Source: an uncultured Dehalococcoidales bacterium | GTDB taxonomy: Bacteria > Chloroflexota > Dehalococcoidia > Lucifugimonadales > Lucifugimonadaceae | NCBI GenBank assembly: GCA_964387235.1 | Contig: CAYLWG010000005.1 | Span: forward strand, 2,731 to 35,413 | Reading direction: 5' to 3' | DNA length: 32,683 nucleotides | In this document: piece after piece, positions 28,080-32,683 of the stretch | How positions within the stretch are numbered: the first letter of the stretch is position 1 | How the letters are laid out: every line of letters starts with the position of its first letter | Translations under genes and position numbers: made by a program | Notes under the pieces: generated by a model | What the model saw: only the letters and a program-made list of their open reading frames with translations | What the model was told of the DNA's origin: nothing | Databases searched by the model: none

Positions 28080-29255
28080 ATGAAGACGACCGGATTCCGG
28101 ACACTGGTGCTGGGCACGCCCTGGCGAAACCTTACCTACTGCATTATCGAAACCGACGAGGGGATCATCGGAATCGGCGAGGCGCGTGTGATCGGTAAAA
28201 CGCACACGGTTATCGAATACCTCAAAGATGTCGAACGCCACTTTATTGGCCACGACCCTTTTGATATCGAAGCGCTGTACCGCCGGATGACACTGCTCGA
28301 TTTCGGCAAGCCGGGCGAAGTGGTTTACACCGGCCTCGCACTGGTAGAACTCGCCTTCTGGGACATCATAGGAAAAGCCTGTGGACAGCCGGTTTTCAAG
28401 CTACTCGGGGGGCAGGTTCAGGAAAAGATTCCGGCTTACGCAAACGGCTGGTACACGGTTGAGCGTTCGCCCGAGCAGTTCGCAGCAGCAGCTAGAAAAG
28501 TTGTCGAGCGCGGCTATCGCGGGATGAAGTTCGATCCCTTCGGCAACGGCGATATGGAACTGGAGCGTGCCGAGTTTTATAAGTCGCTCGACCTGATCGA
28601 GGCGGTTGCTTCCGTGGCGGGTACTCGCGCCCAGATAATGATCGAGATGCACGGCAGGTTCGCACCGGTGCAGGCCCGCGAGATCGCACGGCACATTGAG
28701 CAGTACAACATCGGCTGGATCGAGGAGCCGGTACGCCCCGGCGATACTCCCGCTTTGCAGTCGGTGAGACAGCACACTTCGCTGCCGATAGCGACCGGCG
28801 AGCGGCTATATGGCGCGCCTGAATTCCGCGAGATATGGGGCAGCGGGAACGTAGATGTTTTGCAGCCGGATATCACGCAGTCGGGCGGCATTTTAGAGGT
28901 CAAAAAGATCGCTTCGACAGCCGAGATTTATTCGATCATGATCGCTCCCCACAACGTAGGCGGTATCGTGTCGACAATGGCGGCGTTGCACCTGTGCCTG
29001 ACGCTCCGAAACGCCAAGATTCTCGAGCATTTCAACGACTTCGCTGACCCGCACGTGAAGAAGGCCGGTACGGGCTATCCGGAGGTTGTCGATGGCTACT
29101 TCCCGGTGCCCGATAAGCCGGGCTGGGGCATTGAGCTTGATGAAGATTTCATAAAGGCCAACCCCCCGAGCTACACGTCTTCGGGGATCATCGCCGATCC
29201 CGGCCTGAACATGTTCGAAAACGCGGATTGGGCCAGGCGCGGCCAGGACGACTAA
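28080..29255 (+). CDS. Mandelate racemase-subgroup dehydratase, galactonate dehydratase (DgoD)-like
   Basis: WDIIGK, YANGW, KFDPFG, EMHGRF, WIEEP, TGERL, QPD and APHN. Confidence 0.85.
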   Translation: MKTTGFRTLVLGTPWRNLTYCIIETDEGIIGIGEARVIGKTHTVIEYLKDVERHFIGHDPFDIEALYRRMTLLDFGKPGEVVYTGLALVELAFWDIIGKACGQPVFKLLGGQVQEKIPAYANGWYTVERSPEQFAAAARKVVERGYRGMKFDPFGNGDMELERAEFYKSLDLIEAVASVAGTRAQIMIEMHGRFAPVQAREIARHIEQYNIGWIEEPVRPGDTPALQSVRQHTSLPIATGERLYGAPEFREIWGSGNVDVLQPDITQSGGILEVKKIASTAEIYSIMIAPHNVGGIVSTMAALHLCLTLRNAKILEHFNDFADPHVKKAGTGYPEVVDGYFPVPDKPGWGIELDEDFIKANPPSYTSSGIIADPGLNMFENADWARRGQDD

Positions 29256-29552
29256 GGGTGTCGATGGCGGTTGTTTCAGGGAGAGCTGTTCCAATCACCC
29301 GCTTTCGGTTTGCCACTCGCTCAGTTTTCCACTGTGGTCAGGAGGTCTCAGGTTTTCTCTCCGCGGACAAGATCAGGCCTGAATTCGTTGAATTCACGAC
29401 CGCAGGTGAGGCATGTCGGGCCGGGTTGAGTACCGGTCTTTCGAGATGTGTTTCCTGTCGGTCAGCGTGCTTGCACAATTACCGAATAGCTCCATTTTTG
29501 AAATAAATTCCGAAAATAAGTCGGCACTGCTGACGAGATGTGGGCACGAATT

Positions 29553-29578
29553 GTCGTTCTGAACTTGATTCAGAATCT
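29553..29578. repeat. REP-like short palindrome (GTCRTTCTGAACTTGATTCAGAATCT type)
   Basis: ttctgaa-cttga-ttcagaa hairpin flanked by gtcg and tct. A single copy was seen. Confidence 0.5.
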
Positions 29579-29749
29579 CTCTCGAATGCGATTTGAACCG
29601 AGCACATATCGACTCTGTCAGCGGAGTCGATCGTGTTCGTGCCGACAACCGTACACCACTATCCCACAACACCCGCACCTTGCCCGCACGTCCCCTCGCG
29701 CCTAAACTTTCGGCATATCTTACTTGCATAGCTTTATTTGAGGAAAAAC

Positions 29750-30631
29750 ATGGCGAAAGTTCTTAGCCAGGCGCAGATCGACCAGTACAACAACGATGGC
29801 TATCTCGTCGCTCGCGGAATTTACACACCTGCCGAGATTCGTGAACTCCAGGAAGTAACCGATGAGTTTGTCGATAAATCGCGGCAAGTCTCCGAACACA
29901 CCGATATCTTCGACATCGACCTCAAAGCCGGTCATTCGCAAGCTACACCCAAGCTTCGACGAATAAAAAACCCGCACCTGCACCACAACGCCTACGACCG
30001 GGCGATGCGAAACCCGAAGCTGCTCGACGTCATCGAACAGCTGATCGGCCAGGACATCCGCCATCACCACACAAAGCTCAATCTCAAGGCCCCCGGCGGC
30101 GGGGCGCAGGTCGAGTGGCACACCGACTGGGGTTTCTACCCCGCCACCAATGACGACATTCTCGAAGTCGGGGTCGCCATCGACGCAATGACCGAAGAAA
30201 ACGGATGTCTCAGAGTCGCTACCGGATCGCACAAAGGCCCTGCCTACGATCACCATGAGAACGGTGTGTTTGTCGGCGCGGTTCAGATGAGTGACGTAGA
30301 TATTGAAAATGCAGGCAAAATTCTGATGGACGAAGGCGATGTTTCGTTACATCACGTGAGGGCGCTGCATGGGTCTGCACCAAACATGTCAGCGAAGCCC
30401 CGGCGGTTGCTGCTAATGGGCTATGCCGCGGCTGATGCGTTCCCGCTTACCGGATACGGCGACTGGGACAAGTGGCAGTCGAACATGCTCCGGGGCATTG
30501 GCCCGAACATCCCCCGCATGAACGGTGCGCCAGTTCGAATCGCCGAGCCAAAACCGGCTGACAAAGGTTCGATTTTTGAAATTCAGGAAGAACTTGCCAG
30601 AAGCCACTTCGAGGAAGTGAAACCAACCTGA
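29750..30631 (+). CDS. Phytanoyl-CoA dioxygenase (PhyH) family Fe(II)/2OG oxygenase
   Basis: KLNLK..GG..WHTD, ENGCL..GSH and LHGSAPN...RR give the HxD...H triad; GAGGA RBS. Confidence 0.9.
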   Translation: MAKVLSQAQIDQYNNDGYLVARGIYTPAEIRELQEVTDEFVDKSRQVSEHTDIFDIDLKAGHSQATPKLRRIKNPHLHHNAYDRAMRNPKLLDVIEQLIGQDIRHHHTKLNLKAPGGGAQVEWHTDWGFYPATNDDILEVGVAIDAMTEENGCLRVATGSHKGPAYDHHENGVFVGAVQMSDVDIENAGKILMDEGDVSLHHVRALHGSAPNMSAKPRRLLLMGYAAADAFPLTGYGDWDKWQSNMLRGIGPNIPRMNGAPVRIAEPKPADKGSIFEIQEELARSHFEEVKPT

Positions 30632-30707
30632 AGGACTTCCTGCTGATTACATCTCAGGAAATGGACAGGACGCAATTTAAGTAGCCGAAAGGCAGTACGG
30701 ACAACTC

Positions 30708-31712
30708 ATGCAGATTTCGGCTGGTGATTTTCGATTCGAGTGGATTTCAGACTGGGCTGAACTACCGTCTGGCGATTCAGTTACGCGCGGCTGGGCACAT
30801 CATGGAGCCGCCTTTTCGACCGCGGGCCAGATCGTCACCTTTCATCCGACCGAGTCGCTTGTGGTAATTCTGGCTACCGATGGCAAGCTCGTCCGGTCGT
30901 TCGAGGTCCCGGTCATTGAGGCGCATGGACTCACACTGGCGACCCACGGCAGTACACAGTCGATCTGGCTCGCTGATAATGGCAGAAAACGCGACCCGTT
31001 TCAAGGGTACGAATACATGCCAGACCCACCGGTCGGCAAGGTTATAAGGGTCTCGATGTCGGGCGAGGTCGAGTCGGAATTGCCCACACCAGACATTGCG
31101 GTTTATGAGAGTGACCTGTTTTCACCGACGAGCGCGATAGCTTTTGATGACCGATGTGGTGGCAACGGAGATATCTGGGTTGCCGATGGCTACGGTCAGA
31201 GCCTCGTTCACCGCTATAACGCAGCGGGCGAATATCTATCCTCGATTGACGGCACAACGGGTGCCGGAAGGTTCGATTGCCCGCATTCGCTGTGGATCGA
31301 TACCCGGCCGGGAACCTCTGAATTACTGGTGGCCGACCGGGCGAACGGTCGTGTGCAGGTGTTCGATATGGAGGGCGGCTACATAAGGACGTTTGGTGCC
31401 GATTATTTTGATCGCCCGACAGTGTTCGCCGACTATGGCGAGAACCTTCTGGTTGGTGAACTAAACGCCCGCGTCACCATAGTGGGGCCAAACGACGAAT
31501 TCGCAGGTTATCTGGGTGACAACACGCCCGTTTCCGAAGAGCCAGCCTGGCCGAACGAGCCTGATGAAAACGATGTCCCGCGTCGGACTTCCCGGCTGGT
31601 CGAGGGTCTGTTTAACAGCCCGCACGGAATAACTTCCGACCCCGATGGCAACATCTACGTCACCGAATGGCTGATAGGCGGCAGGTACACCAAGCTGCGG
31701 AAGCTGGGGTAG
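30708..31712 (+). CDS. NHL-repeat beta-propeller, peptidyl-alpha-hydroxyglycine lyase (PAL)-like
   Basis: AHGL, WVADGYG, FDCPHSL, VADRANGRVQVF and FNSPHGI..DGNIYV. Confidence 0.75.
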   Translation: MQISAGDFRFEWISDWAELPSGDSVTRGWAHHGAAFSTAGQIVTFHPTESLVVILATDGKLVRSFEVPVIEAHGLTLATHGSTQSIWLADNGRKRDPFQGYEYMPDPPVGKVIRVSMSGEVESELPTPDIAVYESDLFSPTSAIAFDDRCGGNGDIWVADGYGQSLVHRYNAAGEYLSSIDGTTGAGRFDCPHSLWIDTRPGTSELLVADRANGRVQVFDMEGGYIRTFGADYFDRPTVFADYGENLLVGELNARVTIVGPNDEFAGYLGDNTPVSEEPAWPNEPDENDVPRRTSRLVEGLFNSPHGITSDPDGNIYVTEWLIGGRYTKLRKLG

Positions 31713-31765
31713 CCGAAGCTCCGGGTGCCATCGCAGTCCATCCGATTAAACGGCTATCTTAAACC

Positions 31766-31892
31766 TCCCTCTCCCGCGGGAGAGGGTTGGGGTGAGGGGA
31801 ATCTCGCTGAATAGATAATTCCCGCTCGAAAGCCACTACACCGCGGTCGAAAGCGTTCCCCTCAACCTCGCCTTCTCCCCGAGGAGAAGGGA
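31766..31892. repeat. Inverted pair of CCCTCTCCC/GGGAGAGGG-type REP-like elements
   Basis: Copy 1 is tccctctcccgcgggagagggttggggtgaggggaa. The reverse complement of copy 2 is tcccttctcctcggggagaaggcgaggttgaggggaa. The spacer is about 54 nt. Confidence 0.75.
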
Positions 31893-31928
31893 CTGTCCAC
31901 GCTGCTAAGGTTTTTTTTTTGATAGTGG

Positions 31929-32683
31929 CTAAACAGGGGCCAGTTCCGTTCGCGTCGCTTCACGAGGTTTCCTGCAGGCTGCGATGAGGAAAAAGGCGAC
32001 AAGACACAGGACTCCGGCGATCACGAACGGTGCAAACCAGGCGTCCAGACCCCTGCCGACGCCTGAGTCCTTGAACATTCCGGCCATTATCGGCCCCGCT
32101 ATACCTCCGACACCGAAAGCCGAAAACATTACCCCGTAGTTGATCCCGAGGTTTTTCACACCGAAGCGGTCGGCCGTGGCAAGCGGGAACAGGGCGAAGT
32201 TCCCGCCGAAATTGAACCCCGTCAGGGCGAGAAAGACATATAGCGCAACCATAGATCCGCCGAGGTAGAAGAAGCCAACCATCAGGAAGCTCTGCGTAAT
32301 CGCCATTATCATCAGCGACCGACGCCAGCCGATGTGATCGGCAATGAAGCCCCACCCGATGCGTCCGAGACCGTTTGCGAGGGCGAACGAAACAGCGTAC
32401 GCGGTCGAAGCGGCAGCCCCTGCTGCGGCCAGATCGGTGAATGCGCCGTTGGCCATCAGTGCGTCCTGACCGTAGAGCTTGTTGATGCCGATAAGCATCA
32501 GCCCTGCCAGCGCAAGAAATACGAATGCCAACCACAGCTGGTAAAACTGAAGGCGGGACAGCATGGTGCGAGTAGTAACTTCACTCCCACGCTGGCCGGT
32601 GGCTTCTGGAGAAGGATCCCATCCCGTCGGCTTCCAGCCATCCGGTGGAAACGTCATCAGCAGACCACCGAGATGCACCATGA
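31929..32683 (-). CDS. OFA (oxalate:formate antiporter)-family MFS transporter, C-terminal part (5' truncated)
   Basis: NGLGRIGWGFIADHIG, GFNFGGNFALFP and FGVKNLGINYG. The gene continues past the window edge. Confidence 0.8.
   Translation of the reverse strand, partial: MVHLGGLLMTFPPDGWKPTGWDPSPEATGQRGSEVTTRTMLSRLQFYQLWLAFVFLALAGLMLIGINKLYGQDALMANGAFTDLAAAGAAASTAYAVSFALANGLGRIGWGFIADHIGWRRSLMIMAITQSFLMVGFFYLGGSMVALYVFLALTGFNFGGNFALFPLATADRFGVKNLGINYGVMFSAFGVGGIAGPIMAGMFKDSGVGRGLDAWFAPFVIAGVLCLVAFFLIAACRKPREATRTELAPV

Noticed and set aside
29394-29729. 111-aa minus-strand ORF containing EILNQVQND
   Set aside because: That peptide is just the translation of the REP-like palindrome, and there is no other coding evidence.

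Overview
A roughly 33 kb bacterial chromosomal segment of moderately high GC. Gene content (several enolase-superfamily, SDR, ThDP, PhyH and MFS genes, a solo ftsZ) suggests a Chloroflexota/Dehalococcoidia (SAR202-like) organism, but this is inference only. From the left, the window holds: a visibly more AT-rich two-gene unit (membrane TerB-domain protein with a J-like tail plus an M48 metalloprotease) beside tRNA-Pro(TGG), probably the edge of an island; an organic/sugar-acid catabolic patch; an AddAB-type helicase-nuclease pair downstream of tRNA-Arg(CCG); a degenerate GIY-YIG-like protein; a two-repeat lipoprotein; a lipid-anchored copper nitrite reductase (nirK) with a TTGTGA-N6-TCACAA operator; an orphan ftsZ; more metabolic enzymes; a PhyH dioxygenase plus PAL-like beta-propeller pair; REP-like palindromes; and a truncated OFA-family MFS. 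The best candidates for an undescribed system are the TerB/J-like + M48 pair and the PhyH + PAL-like pair. No CRISPR array, rRNA, integrase or transposase was seen. All family calls come from motifs read by eye, not from database searches.
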